A DNA stretch of 57,421 nt from Candidatus Komeilibacteria bacterium CG_4_10_14_0_2_um_filter_37_10 (GTDB lineage Bacteria; Patescibacteriota; Patescibacteriia; UBA1558). Position 1 is the stretch's first letter; each line of letters begins with the position of its first letter. The translations under genes were made by a program, and so were the position numbers. The stretch is from NCBI GenBank assembly GCA_002793075.1, contig PFPO01000073.1:1-57421 (forward strand), read 5' to 3'. Shown here one piece after another: positions 1 through 9,952 of the stretch. Under the pieces are notes generated by a model. That model did not search any database and was not told the DNA's origin. It was given only the letters and a program-made list of their open reading frames with translations.

Positions 1-1090
1 CTAGTCCCAAGCTTAATTAAACTAAAAAGACACCTAAGTTAAGGTAAAATAATTAAATCCACTAATTATTAACCTAACAAAGATGTTTTACGGCCATTTT
101 AAATCATTTCAAAGAAATGAACTATCGGCCCTACTCCGAGCCGGCTTAACACAGAAAGAAGCGGCTGAGCTATTAAACAAAACAGCTTCAGCTGTTTGTC
201 AGGAATTAAAAAGAAACCCTGCGAACACTAAAACTGGTTATGATGCAGGGATAGCTAAAAAGAAAACTAAGGAGCGAAGAATAATAGCCAATCAAAGATT
301 TAGAAAAATAGAAAATAATATTTGGTTAAGAAACTACATAATCAAAAAAATAAAGTCGTATTGGTCGCCGGAACAAATCAGTGGTCGCTTAAAAAGAAAA
401 TGGTCAGCTAATAAAAATAGGCATATTAACAAAGATAGTATCTATAAATTCATTTATGAGCATAGAAAAGACTTAGTTAAATATTTAAGGTGTCAGAAAG
501 GTAAATACAGACGTCGTTATGGCACTATAATACGCGAAAAACAACGAGAAAAGTTAAAAAAGAGAAGAATAGATCAAAGACCTGTAATAGTTGAGAAAAG
601 AAAAAGAATTGGTGATTGGGAAGGCGACACAATTGTCGGTCAAGAACGCGTTAAACAAATCTTAACGCATGTTGAAAGAAAAAGCGGAATAATCTTTGGC
701 GACAAACTGGAATACTCAACCGCTGAGGAAACCAAAAATAAAACAATAAAGCGCTTCAATAAAATACCTGAAAACAAAAAATATACCCTTACCTATGATA
801 ATGACACAACCTTTTCAGAATATGAACTGATCGAAAGGAAAACAGGGGTAGAGATATTTTTCGCTCATCCTTATCATTCTTGGGAACGAGGAACAAATGA
901 GAGTGCTAATGGATTATTGAGGCAGTTCTTTCCAAAGAAATCAGCTTTTGCTATGATAACGCAAGAACAAATTGATAAGGTTTGTTATCTGATCAACAAT
1001 CGTCCAAGAAAAAGATTGAATTATCTTACTCCTAACGAAGTGTTTAACCGCCAACGATAATTAAGATTTGAAATAGAATTTAAGCTTCGA
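1..1090 (+). mobile_element. IS30-family insertion sequence; ends approximate and possibly cut by the window edge
   Basis: Intact transposase ORF plus short flanks. AAGCTTAA (9-16) and TTAAGCTT (1080-1087) could belong to terminal inverted repeats, but the AAGCTT core is self-palindromic, so the ends are not established. Confidence 0.5.
83..1060 (+). CDS. IS30 family transposase (full length, DDE type)
   Basis: 325 aa. N-terminal HTH-like LTQKEAAELLNKTASAVCQELKRN. Catalytic-core signatures GDWEGDTIVG, TYDNDTTFSEY and YHSWERGTNESANGLLRQFFPK are typical of IS30 transposases. Confidence 0.9.
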   Translation: MFYGHFKSFQRNELSALLRAGLTQKEAAELLNKTASAVCQELKRNPANTKTGYDAGIAKKKTKERRIIANQRFRKIENNIWLRNYIIKKIKSYWSPEQISGRLKRKWSANKNRHINKDSIYKFIYEHRKDLVKYLRCQKGKYRRRYGTIIREKQREKLKKRRIDQRPVIVEKRKRIGDWEGDTIVGQERVKQILTHVERKSGIIFGDKLEYSTAEETKNKTIKRFNKIPENKKYTLTYDNDTTFSEYELIERKTGVEIFFAHPYHSWERGTNESANGLLRQFFPKKSAFAMITQEQIDKVCYLINNRPRKRLNYLTPNEVFNRQR

Positions 1091-1162
1091 CATTAGCCGA
1101 CGAATTTATGGATATTTTTTACTTTTCTAATTTGAAAAAAAATGTTATAGTACTAGAGAAAA

Positions 1163-2377
1163 ATGAATTTATCTATGAAGAAACACTATTACTTTGATTA
1201 TGCTGCTACCACGCCAGTTGATGTGCGTGTAGTTAAGGCGATGGCCAAATATTGGTCCGATGATTTTGGTAATGCTTCATCAATTCATTGGTTTGGTCAG
1301 AGAGCTCGGGCTGCCGTTGAACAGGCTCGACAAACTATTGCTGATTATTTATATGTCCAGCCACACGAAATACTGTTTACTTCCGGTGCGACCGAGGGCG
1401 ATAATTTAGCTATTAAGGGAGTAGTAGATTTTTATCGTCAATTATGGCTAGCGCAGAAGATTAATCAGCAACCCCATATTATTACCAGTTATATCGAGCA
1501 CCCAGCAGTTATTGAATCGGGACTCAATTTGGAAAAAAAGGGATGTCAATTATCTTTAGTAAAACCAGGACTTAACGGCATTGTAAATGTTGTTGATATT
1601 ATTAAGCAGATCAAAGACAATACAGTGTTAATTTCTTTGATGTATGTCAATAATGAAGTCGGTACTATTCAACCAGTAAAGGAATTAGGAAAACAATTAT
1701 TAGCTATTAATAAAGAAAGAATTGATCGTCATTTTCCAAAAATATATTTTCACGTAGACGCTGTCCAAGCCTTAAATTATTGTAATTGTCGTCCCAAACA
1801 CATTGAAGCTGATTTAATGACCTTTTCTGGTCATAAAATTTCTGGTCCCAAGGGAATTGGTTTTAATTTTATTAAAGAAAAAACACCACTCATTCGTCAA
1901 CAAGACGGTGGATCGCAGGAAAGGGGAATAAGAGCTGGTACTTTTAACAGTAGCGGTATAGTAGGTTTAGCCACAGCCATTAAATTGCTCGGTAGTGAGC
2001 AAGAAAAGCGTATAAAAACTGTAAGTCAATATAAAAATCAGTTAATAACTACGATGCGTCAATACAAAAAGATTGGTTTCAACGGATCATTAACGGAAGC
2101 TATTCCCAGTACTTGTAATATAAGTTTTCCTAATTTTAGTTCTGAGGATTTGGTTATTAAGTTAGATTTAATGGGTCTAGCAGTATCTGCTGGCTCTGCC
2201 TGTGCAGCGGGTGCCATCAAAGTATCACCAGTATTACGAGCTATGGGTGTCCGAGAAGAACAGGCAAAAAAATCAATTCGTTTAAGTTGGGGTAAAGATA
2301 CTACCAGTGAGGAATTTAAATACCTATTAAACTGTTTAAAAAAGATAGTTGCCGATGATAAAAATACTAAAAAATAA
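1163..2377 (+). CDS. cysteine desulfurase, NifS/IscS family (PLP-dependent class V aminotransferase)
   Basis: FDYAATTP N-terminus, PLP-lysine motif SGHKISGPKGIG and catalytic-Cys loop SAGSACAAG. The start could instead be the ATG at 1175. Confidence 0.85.
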   Translation: MNLSMKKHYYFDYAATTPVDVRVVKAMAKYWSDDFGNASSIHWFGQRARAAVEQARQTIADYLYVQPHEILFTSGATEGDNLAIKGVVDFYRQLWLAQKINQQPHIITSYIEHPAVIESGLNLEKKGCQLSLVKPGLNGIVNVVDIIKQIKDNTVLISLMYVNNEVGTIQPVKELGKQLLAINKERIDRHFPKIYFHVDAVQALNYCNCRPKHIEADLMTFSGHKISGPKGIGFNFIKEKTPLIRQQDGGSQERGIRAGTFNSSGIVGLATAIKLLGSEQEKRIKTVSQYKNQLITTMRQYKKIGFNGSLTEAIPSTCNISFPNFSSEDLVIKLDLMGLAVSAGSACAAGAIKVSPVLRAMGVREEQAKKSIRLSWGKDTTSEEFKYLLNCLKKIVADDKNTKK

Positions 2378-2705
2378 ACACCATTTGCTTTCCGCCCTTT
2401 TTTTTATTCTGGCTGTTATTTGTAATTTCGCTGGTTTAGCTTATCTTTTATTTATTATTCATCCCAATAGTAATCAAGTACCCTTGCATTATAATATTTA
2501 TTTTGGCATTGATCGGTACGGATCAGGTTGGCAGCTATACACACCTTTTTTATTTGGTTTATTATTGACATTAATTAATTTTTATTTGTGTTATCGTTGG
2601 TTAACAAAAAATGAAAAAATACGTTTATACGTAGCTATCATATCCTTGGTTATTAATATTATTATTATAGCCACTTGTTTTTCGTTAATTTACTATTATT
2701 ACTAA
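2355..2705 (+). CDS. small polytopic membrane protein, unknown function
   Basis: About 116 aa with three hydrophobic segments. Overlaps the desulfurase 3' end and sits directly upstream of mraY. No recognisable motif. Confidence 0.5.
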   Translation: MIKILKNKHHLLSALFFILAVICNFAGLAYLLFIIHPNSNQVPLHYNIYFGIDRYGSGWQLYTPFLFGLLLTLINFYLCYRWLTKNEKIRLYVAIISLVINIIIIATCFSLIYYYY

Positions 2706-2709
2706 TAAT

Positions 2710-3762
2710 ATGGATCTTAATCTTTGGCCGATAATTAAAATTTTTGTGATAACGACAATAACTTTTACAACAGCAATGTTAGCAACGCCATTGTTAACAC
2801 ATTTTTTGTACAAATATCGTTTAGGTAAGGAGATTAGACCAGCGTCCAATGCTCCTATTTTTTATGAACATCATCAGCAAAAAAGTGGCACACCAACCAT
2901 GGGTGGTATTATCATTTGGCTAGTCGTATTATTTTGGGCTTTACTTTTTTTCTTTTTAGCTAAATTTTTTTCTTTCAGTCTTTTTTATGATTTAAATTTT
3001 TTATCGCGCGCGCAAACATGGTTACCCCTCGGTGCTTTAATTGCTGCGGCCTTGATTGGGTTAGTTGATGATTTTTTCAATGTAAAAAAAATTGGACCCA
3101 ATGGCGGAGGATTGCGCATGAAACATCGTTTGTTACTTTATACGATTATTGCTTTGGTTGCTGCTTACTGGTTTTATTTTAAATTAGATTGGGATTTATT
3201 ACACTTGGCATTTCTCGGTACCTGGTCAGTTGGTTGGTGGTATATACCAATTATTACTCTCGTGATTGTCGCAACATCATTTTCTGTCAATGAGACAGAC
3301 GGTTTGGATGGTCTGGCCGGAGGTGTTCTGGTCACTAATTTTGTGACCTTTGGCGCCATTGCCTTTATGCAAGGCAAGATTGAATTAGCTGTTTTGTGCG
3401 GCGCTATTGTCGGAGCTTTATTAGCTTTTTTGTGGTTTAATATTTCTCCCGCTAGATTTTTTATGGGTGATACTGGCGCGATGGCCCTGGGCGTTACTTT
3501 AGGAATTATTGCCATACTAACTAATTCTTTGTTTATTTTACCAATTACGGGAATTATTCTCGTATTAGAATCCTTATCCGTTATTATTCAAGTTTTATCC
3601 AAAAAAATAAGGGGAAAAAAAGTATTTCAATCGGCGCCGTGGCATCATCATTTAGAAGCAATTGGCTGGCCAGAATATAAGATAGTTATGCGTTTTTGGG
3701 TAGTTTCAGGCGTAGCTTCTGTCGTTGGTTTTGTGTTGTTTTTAATCGATTACTATATCTAA
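2710..3762 (+). CDS. mraY: phospho-N-acetylmuramoyl-pentapeptide transferase
   Basis: Polytopic membrane protein with LIGLVDDF, SVNETDGLDGLAGG and MGDTGAMALG motifs of the MraY/WecA family. Sits at the head of the mur genes. Confidence 0.93.
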   Translation: MDLNLWPIIKIFVITTITFTTAMLATPLLTHFLYKYRLGKEIRPASNAPIFYEHHQQKSGTPTMGGIIIWLVVLFWALLFFFLAKFFSFSLFYDLNFLSRAQTWLPLGALIAAALIGLVDDFFNVKKIGPNGGGLRMKHRLLLYTIIALVAAYWFYFKLDWDLLHLAFLGTWSVGWWYIPIITLVIVATSFSVNETDGLDGLAGGVLVTNFVTFGAIAFMQGKIELAVLCGAIVGALLAFLWFNISPARFFMGDTGAMALGVTLGIIAILTNSLFILPITGIILVLESLSVIIQVLSKKIRGKKVFQSAPWHHHLEAIGWPEYKIVMRFWVVSGVASVVGFVLFLIDYYI

Positions 3763-3766
3763 ATTA

Positions 3767-5116
3767 ATGATTGAAAAAAAGTATCTAGTAATGGGACTTG
3801 GTTTGCACGGTGGTGGCTTGGGTGTAGCTAAATGGCTAGCTGAACAAGGACACCCTGTTTTAATAACCGATTTAAAAAATCAACGGGAATTAGCTGCATC
3901 TTTAGCACCATTAAAAAAGTTTAAAAATATTACTTATCGATTAGGCCAACATCAGTTAAGCGATTTTCAAAACGCCGCAGTTGTGATTGCCAATCCCAGC
4001 GTCAGGCAAGATAATAAATATTTATTAGCAGCTAAAAAAGTAAAAGCTAAAATATACAACGATTTATCATTTTTTTTGACCCTATGCCCTTGTCCAGTTA
4101 TTGGCATTACGGGTACCAAAGGTAAGAGTACGACAGCGACATTGATTTATCAGCTTCTAAAAACGGGACAAAAAAAGAAGGTTTATTTAGGAGGCAATAT
4201 TCGTATTAGTCCTTTTTCTTTTTTGTCTAAATTAACAACCCAAGATCTAGTAGTGCTAGAGTTTTCCAGTTGGCAATGTGAGGGACTAAAAAGTATCAAG
4301 TATAGTCCCAGCGTAGCAATATTGACTAATGTTGGGCAGGATCATTTGAATACCTATAAAAATTTTACTGCTTATCGCAATGCCAAATTGTTACTTTTTA
4401 AATATCAGACAAAAAAAGATTGGGCAATTATTAACCGCGATGATCGAGCTAGTCAACAAGCTACAGGATTTATTGTGGGGAAAATAAAGAAATTTTCTTT
4501 ATCTCATGGTGATAATTATGTTAAGAATAATTATTTGTATTATCAGCAAAGAAAATTAATGTCAATTGATCAGTTAAAACTGACTGGTCAGTATAATATC
4601 GCCAATATGATTGCGGCTTTATATGTTGCTCAAATATATCATCTATCTTTAGCACGCGTCAGAATTATTTTAAAAAATTTTTCTGGTTTACCTGGTCGGC
4701 GGCAATTGATTAGAGTGTGGCAAGGACGTAAATTTGTTAATGATACTACAGCAACATCACCGCTAGCGACAATAACATCTCTCCAGTCTAGTCAGCAACC
4801 AATAATTTTGATTGCTGGCGGTATGGATAAGTCTCTGTCATATAATCAATTAGCGAAAACAATCCAGCAAAAAGTTGATTTTTTATTGTTATTACCAGGA
4901 TCAGCGACTGACAAAATAAAACCATTATTAAAACGATTATCTTATAAAAAGTATCAAGAAGTAAGTTCTTTAGCTGCAGCAGTCAAGATAGCAAAACAAA
5001 AATCTAAACCTACTTACACTATTTTATTATCACCAGCAGCAGCTAGTTTCAATCTTTTTATCAATGAATTTGATCGTGGTGATCAGTTTAATAAATTAGT
5101 TAATCAGAAGCCATGA
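3767..5116 (+). CDS. murD: UDP-N-acetylmuramoylalanine--D-glutamate ligase
   Basis: Mur-ligase P-loop GITGTKGKSTT and N-terminal Rossmann segment GLGLHGGG. Conserved mraY-murD-ftsW order. ATGA overlap with ftsW. Confidence 0.9.
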   Translation: MIEKKYLVMGLGLHGGGLGVAKWLAEQGHPVLITDLKNQRELAASLAPLKKFKNITYRLGQHQLSDFQNAAVVIANPSVRQDNKYLLAAKKVKAKIYNDLSFFLTLCPCPVIGITGTKGKSTTATLIYQLLKTGQKKKVYLGGNIRISPFSFLSKLTTQDLVVLEFSSWQCEGLKSIKYSPSVAILTNVGQDHLNTYKNFTAYRNAKLLLFKYQTKKDWAIINRDDRASQQATGFIVGKIKKFSLSHGDNYVKNNYLYYQQRKLMSIDQLKLTGQYNIANMIAALYVAQIYHLSLARVRIILKNFSGLPGRRQLIRVWQGRKFVNDTTATSPLATITSLQSSQQPIILIAGGMDKSLSYNQLAKTIQQKVDFLLLLPGSATDKIKPLLKRLSYKKYQEVSSLAAAVKIAKQKSKPTYTILLSPAAASFNLFINEFDRGDQFNKLVNQKP

Positions 5117-6255
5117 GAGGGAAAGATAATCTTTTATTAAAATTTAAAAGTATTTTTGTATTTGATCACCGGGGCACAGATTATGTCTTATTGTTTAGTA
5201 TTGGTTTGATTATTATCTTTGGTTTATTAATGCTCTCATCGGCATCAGCAGTTGTTGCTTTTGAGAAATATCACAATAGTTATTATTTTGTATTAGGTCA
5301 ATTATTTAAGGGAATATTACCGGGTATTATATTATTATTTATTGGCTGGCGCCTTCCCTATACATTTTGGAAAAAATATTCTTTTTTACTATTTGTCGCA
5401 TCAATTTTATTTCTCGTTGCCGTTTTTATTCCTGGTCTCGGCGTAACAATAAATAATTCGCGTAGCTGGATTGGCTTCTTTGGTTTAACTTTTCAACCAG
5501 CAGAAATTGTGAAGATAACTTTTCTAATATACTTAGCCAGCTGGTTAGAAAAGAGGGGTGAAATTGGATTACGCGATTTGGATAGTAGTACAATTCCTTT
5601 TTTGATTATGATTAGTCTGATTGCTTTTTTGTTTATTCAGCAACCAGATTTAGGATCACTAATAGTCTTGTTGGCAATTTCCTATATTATTTACTTTATT
5701 GCTGGCGCCCCGATGAAGCATTTATTAATCATGGCCCTAGTTGGTATCATTTTAATGATGGGTATATTGGTCATTAAACATCCTGATCGCTTACAAGTAT
5801 TTTTTTCTGATAGTGGCAGTTCTGACGAATCCTATCAAACAGATCAAATTCAGATTGCTATTGGCGCTGGTGGTTTTTGGGGACAAGGTTTGGGTCACTC
5901 GAAACAAAAATTTCGTTATCTGCCAGAAGTACAAAACGATTCTATCTTTGCGGTGATTGCCGAGGAGTTAGGATTTATCGTCAGCTCTTTATTAATTTTA
6001 ACTTATTTTTTAATTTTGAGTAGAGGATTGAAGATCGCTCGCGCTAGTCCTGATGCTTATGGTCGTTTATTGGCTACGGGTATTACTATTTGGTTTCTGG
6101 TTCAAGCAATGATAAACTTCGGTGGTATGTTATCAGTAATACCATTGACTGGATTGCCCTTACCCTTTATTTCCTATGGTGGAACATCAATGGCGATGAC
6201 AATGTTTGCTTTTGGTATACTATTAAACATCTCTCAACAAAGAAGAAAAATATGA
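5113..6255 (+). CDS. ftsW: SEDS-family peptidoglycan glycosyltransferase FtsW
   Basis: Roughly 10-TM protein with C-terminal LPLTGLPLPFISYGGTS motif of FtsW/RodA. Located between murD and murG. Confidence 0.88.
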   Translation: MRGKDNLLLKFKSIFVFDHRGTDYVLLFSIGLIIIFGLLMLSSASAVVAFEKYHNSYYFVLGQLFKGILPGIILLFIGWRLPYTFWKKYSFLLFVASILFLVAVFIPGLGVTINNSRSWIGFFGLTFQPAEIVKITFLIYLASWLEKRGEIGLRDLDSSTIPFLIMISLIAFLFIQQPDLGSLIVLLAISYIIYFIAGAPMKHLLIMALVGIILMMGILVIKHPDRLQVFFSDSGSSDESYQTDQIQIAIGAGGFWGQGLGHSKQKFRYLPEVQNDSIFAVIAEELGFIVSSLLILTYFLILSRGLKIARASPDAYGRLLATGITIWFLVQAMINFGGMLSVIPLTGLPLPFISYGGTSMAMTMFAFGILLNISQQRRKI

Positions 6256-7316
6256 AAATAGCTTTTATTGGTGGTGGTACTATGGGATCTGTTTCACCCT
6301 TGATAGCCACTGCTCAATATTTAATTAAAGAAAAAAAAATTACCAATGCCGACTTTATTTGGATTGGCTCTTATGGTGGACCCGAAAGGAAAGTAATCAC
6401 TGAATTGCATTGGTCCTATCAACCACTACACTCTGGTAAGTGGCGCCGCTATTTTAGCTGGCAGAATTTCACTGATCTGATTAAAGTTTTAATTGGTTTT
6501 TTTCAATCGTTAATAATTATAATACGAGAACATCCTACGGTCATGGTTACCGCGGGTTCATTTTTGGCTATACCCTTTTACTTAGCTGCTAAATTAACGG
6601 GAGTTAAAGTAATTATTCATCAGTTAGATTTACCGGTAGGATTGGCCAATAGAATTATGGCTCATGGTGCCTGCGCCATAACTGTTTCTTGGCCAGAATT
6701 AGTCAGTGCCTTTAGTAGGGCCATAGAATATATCGGTACACCGATTAGAGATAGTATTTTAAGAGTAAAATCATCACCCTTGCAGCAACAACTAGTTACG
6801 GAAATTAATAATCGACCAGTAATTTTAATTACGGGCGGCGGTACTGGCGCTGATCAATTAAATAACTTTATTGACCAAATTATTGATCAGTTAACTAACC
6901 AGTACTTTGTTATTCATTTAACTGGCGTTAATAAGATAGGTAGTCGTATCAATAAGAAAGGTTGCTATTATGTGAATGAATTTTTTGATGAAGAACAGAT
7001 GGGATTTGTTCTGCAAAGAGCCGATCTGATCGTTTCCCGAGCAGGAATTGGTGCGTTATCAGAGATGTTGGCACTGGGAAAGAAAGTATTAATTATCCCA
7101 ATAGCTGATTCTCATCAGGAGAAAAATGCTCAATATTTTAGAGAACGTCAACTAGTCGACGTGATTTATAGTAGTGAATTGACAAAAGAATTGTTTTTAT
7201 CTACGGTGAGTAGCAGTTTGTTACAACATGATTTAGTGCAGCAACAGGGTAGAGAACTGGTCCGGCCTGATACGGCGGCGGCTAAGTTAGGCAATAAAAT
7301 TATTAAATATGGTTAA
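6252..7316 (+). CDS. murG: undecaprenyldiphospho-muramoylpentapeptide beta-N-acetylglucosaminyltransferase
   Basis: N-terminal G-loop FIGGGTMGSVSP, then ITGGGTGA and SRAGIGALSEM. The ATG at 6252 forms an ATGA overlap with the ftsW stop. The 54 upstream codons of the tracked ORF lie inside ftsW and were discarded. Confidence 0.88.
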   Translation: MKIAFIGGGTMGSVSPLIATAQYLIKEKKITNADFIWIGSYGGPERKVITELHWSYQPLHSGKWRRYFSWQNFTDLIKVLIGFFQSLIIIIREHPTVMVTAGSFLAIPFYLAAKLTGVKVIIHQLDLPVGLANRIMAHGACAITVSWPELVSAFSRAIEYIGTPIRDSILRVKSSPLQQQLVTEINNRPVILITGGGTGADQLNNFIDQIIDQLTNQYFVIHLTGVNKIGSRINKKGCYYVNEFFDEEQMGFVLQRADLIVSRAGIGALSEMLALGKKVLIIPIADSHQEKNAQYFRERQLVDVIYSSELTKELFLSTVSSSLLQHDLVQQQGRELVRPDTAAAKLGNKIIKYG

Positions 7317-8700
7317 AAAGAATTGGTTAAAAATTAAAAAAGTTTATTTATCTGGCATTGGTGGTATTGGCGTTTCTGCTTTAGCGCGTTTTTTTCATTA
7401 TCACGGTATTAGTATCATCGGTACTGAGATTTGTTCTTCCTCGATCACCGATAATCTGGAGTTAATCGGTATTAAAATTAATCGTAAACATTTAGCCACT
7501 AATATTACTACGGATATTGATTTATTTATTCATACACCAGCGATCAGTACAGATAATCCTGAATTATTAGCCGCCCAAAAATTAAATATTCCAGTTTATA
7601 GTTATCCAGCATTTCTTGGTGAATTGTCTAAACAGTATAAAACTATTGCTGTTTCCGGAACTCATGGTAAATCCACGACCACATCTTTAGTTGGTCTTTT
7701 TTTAACTGCTGGTAAAATAGATCCAACAATTATAGTAGGTAGTCAAGTAAATCATTTTGATCATAATTTTCGGTACGGTCAAAGCCCGTGGTTGGTAGTT
7801 GAAGCCTGTGAGTATCGTGGCCACATGCTTTATTTACAACCTGAGATTATCACGATTACCAATTTAGAAGCTGATCATTTAGATTATTACCGCGATCTTA
7901 ATGATATTGTTAAACATTTTGAAAAATTCATTCGTAAATTAAAAAGTCATCACCTCTGTTTGAATGTTGACGATCCAACGCTTCGCCACTTAGCTACTAA
8001 GAATGAATGTTTAACTTACGGTATTGAACAGCAGGCAAAGTTACAGGCGAGAAATATCAAGATTAAAGATCAAAAACAATGCTTTGATTTGTATTATGCC
8101 AATAAAAAGATTATTTCGTTATCTTTGTCTATTCCTGGACGTTTTAATATTTACAATACTTTAGCCGCTATCGCTTCCACCTGGTCATTTAAATTAGACC
8201 CCCGAGTTTATCAGCATGTCTTACAGACATTTGCTGGCTGTTGGCGTCGTTTTGAAATTTTGGGATCCTGGCAGCAGCAACCAAATACTTTGGTAATCTC
8301 GGACTACGCTCATCATCCGACAGCCGTAGCTGTTACTATCAAAGCAGCAAAAGAATTTTATCCGCATAAACGATTGGTAGTAGTTTTTCAGCCCCATCAG
8401 GTGCATCGTACGCTAAAGTTATTTAAAGAGTTTTCCCAATCTTTTACTTTAGCTGATGAATTAATACTCTGTAGTATTTATGGTGTTGTTGGGCGCGAGA
8501 ATGACAAGGAAAGTAAGGAAATATTAATTGATCAGCTAGCCACAGCTTGCCGTCAGGAATCCAAAGTTAGCGTTCGTGTCGAAAAAAATATTAGTCAATT
8601 AACCAATACCATTGAATCAATAATTAAGGCTAATGATTTAATATTAATCATCGGCGCCGGATCTATTGATCAGACAGTACGTCAATATTTAAAAATATGA
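7309..8700 (+). CDS. murC: UDP-N-acetylmuramate--L-alanine ligase
   Basis: GIGGIGVSALA Rossmann segment and Mur-ligase P-loop SGTHGKSTTTS. DYAHHP motif near the C-terminal domain. Confidence 0.9.
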   Translation: MVKKNWLKIKKVYLSGIGGIGVSALARFFHYHGISIIGTEICSSSITDNLELIGIKINRKHLATNITTDIDLFIHTPAISTDNPELLAAQKLNIPVYSYPAFLGELSKQYKTIAVSGTHGKSTTTSLVGLFLTAGKIDPTIIVGSQVNHFDHNFRYGQSPWLVVEACEYRGHMLYLQPEIITITNLEADHLDYYRDLNDIVKHFEKFIRKLKSHHLCLNVDDPTLRHLATKNECLTYGIEQQAKLQARNIKIKDQKQCFDLYYANKKIISLSLSIPGRFNIYNTLAAIASTWSFKLDPRVYQHVLQTFAGCWRRFEILGSWQQQPNTLVISDYAHHPTAVAVTIKAAKEFYPHKRLVVVFQPHQVHRTLKLFKEFSQSFTLADELILCSIYGVVGRENDKESKEILIDQLATACRQESKVSVRVEKNISQLTNTIESIIKANDLILIIGAGSIDQTVRQYLKI

Positions 8701-9668
8701 CCAAAGCTGAATTGTGTTTACAAAAGCTTAGGGAACTAACAGAGATTAAAGAAAATTATCCCTTGGCTAATTTAACATCTTATCACATCGGTGGTCCCGC
8801 AAAATATTATTGCCAATTAACCGAATTAAGATTAATTCCTCTTATTTGGCAACTAATCAAACAATGGCAAATGCCCCATTGTTTATTGGGTAGTGGATCT
8901 AATGTTTTGATTAATGATTTAGGCTATGAGGGACTCGTAATAAGAGTTGGTTTAAATAAAATTGATGTAAACGAGCAAACGATCGTTGCTAGTTCTGATA
9001 TTTCTCTAGTTTCTTTAGTAAGTACTGCTTTAGAAAATAATCTCAGTGGCTTAGAATTTGCTGTTGGTATTCCGGGATCAACTGGTGGTGCTGTGGTGGG
9101 TAATGCCGGAGCTTATGGCGGACAGATAGCAGATTTAGTTACTAATTGTCTAATATTGAATGAGGAATACAGATTAGTTACCTTAACGAAAGAACAACTA
9201 CAATTCAGTTACCGTGATAGTATTTTTAAACATCGAGATTTATTACTAATACAAACCACTTTTAATTTAGCTCCGGGTTTAAGCTCAGAAATTCAACGAA
9301 AAATGTTAGAGTATAATACTGATCGTTGGTCAAAACAACCAGCTTATCCTTCAGCTGGTAGTGTTTTTAAAAATATTGTTTTAACTGAGCAAGTTTTAGC
9401 AGTATTGAAAAAAACAATATCTCAAGAAATCCCAGATCAATATCGGCAATATGGTAAAATTCCTGCTGCTTGGTTGATAGATTTAGCTGGTTTAAAAGGA
9501 AAGTGTTTTGGCGGCGCCATGATTTCCGAAAAGCATGCTAATTTTATTATCAATTACAATCAAGCAACATCAGCTGATGTTATCCAAGCAATTAATTTTA
9601 TAAAAAATAAAGTTAATGATTTATTTCAAATTAAATTAGAAGAGGAAATCAGATATATTGGTTTTTGA
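8697..9668 (+). CDS. murB: UDP-N-acetylenolpyruvoylglucosamine reductase
   Basis: FAD-binding PCMH-type domain (GGPAKYY, LGSGSNVLI). C-terminal SAGSVFKN and HANFIIN motifs. ATGA overlap with murC. Confidence 0.9.
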   Translation: MTKAELCLQKLRELTEIKENYPLANLTSYHIGGPAKYYCQLTELRLIPLIWQLIKQWQMPHCLLGSGSNVLINDLGYEGLVIRVGLNKIDVNEQTIVASSDISLVSLVSTALENNLSGLEFAVGIPGSTGGAVVGNAGAYGGQIADLVTNCLILNEEYRLVTLTKEQLQFSYRDSIFKHRDLLLIQTTFNLAPGLSSEIQRKMLEYNTDRWSKQPAYPSAGSVFKNIVLTEQVLAVLKKTISQEIPDQYRQYGKIPAAWLIDLAGLKGKCFGGAMISEKHANFIINYNQATSADVIQAINFIKNKVNDLFQIKLEEEIRYIGF

Positions 9669-9670
9669 AA

Positions 9671-9700
9671 AAGCAGTGCTAATTATTAGCGCTGCTTTTT
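9671..9700. terminator. bidirectional hairpin between convergent murB and the orphan gene
   Basis: AAGCAGTGC (9671-9679) pairs with GCGCTGCTT (9689-9697): 9 bp including one G.U. Flanked by GAAAA and TTTTT. The 3' arm overlaps the last codons of the minus-strand orphan. Confidence 0.5.
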
Positions 9701-9952
9701 AAACCATTCATTGATTTGGGCATCTTTACCGTGTTGACAATAGATAGTAAAGCGTAGACTTTTATTTTTTTGTGCACTAGCTTCTAGGATGCGTAAATTC
9801 TTACGGCTAATACGCCAAGCTAATATTCTTTTCTCGGCTACCAGCAGATTATCGCATTGGGCGTCACTAGCTGAGCAGTCGGCAATAAGTAAATTAGCTA
9901 TCGCGGCATTAGTGTAATCATCAATCGGTTGTATGTACCACTGAGTAGTCAT
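9686..9952 (-). CDS. hypothetical protein (88 aa), orphan
   Basis: Only minus-strand gene within about 35 kb of plus-strand genes. AAAGGAGG sits 4 nt upstream of the ATG (complement of 9957-9964). No recognisable domain. Confidence 0.6.
   Translation of the reverse strand: MTTQWYIQPIDDYTNAAIANLLIADCSASDAQCDNLLVAEKRILAWRISRKNLRILEASAQKNKSLRFTIYCQHGKDAQINEWFKKQR

Noticed and set aside
9-1087. AAGCTTAA / TTAAGCTT as the IS30 terminal inverted repeats
   Set aside because: The match is only 8 nt and its core is the self-palindromic AAGCTT. Similarity does not extend convincingly, so the boundaries are left open.
3174-3515. Antisense ORF inside mraY, and similar shadow ORFs at 8221-8406, 10020-10322, 17643-17831, 22283-22528, 27576-27779, 27658-27960, 37903-38133, 38604-38804, 40526-40735, 42550-42759, 44113-44313, 48715-48930, 52735-52935, 53429-53647 and 54234-54425
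   Set aside because: Each is fully embedded, or for 10020-10322 and 52735-52935 largely embedded, opposite a confidently identified gene. Each is short and of low complexity with no motif. They are typical shadow ORFs.
6090-6251. 54-codon N-terminal extension of the murG ORF
   Set aside because: It lies entirely inside the ftsW coding region in another frame. The conserved MurG N-terminus (MKIAFIGGGT) begins at the ATG at 6252, which forms an ATGA overlap.
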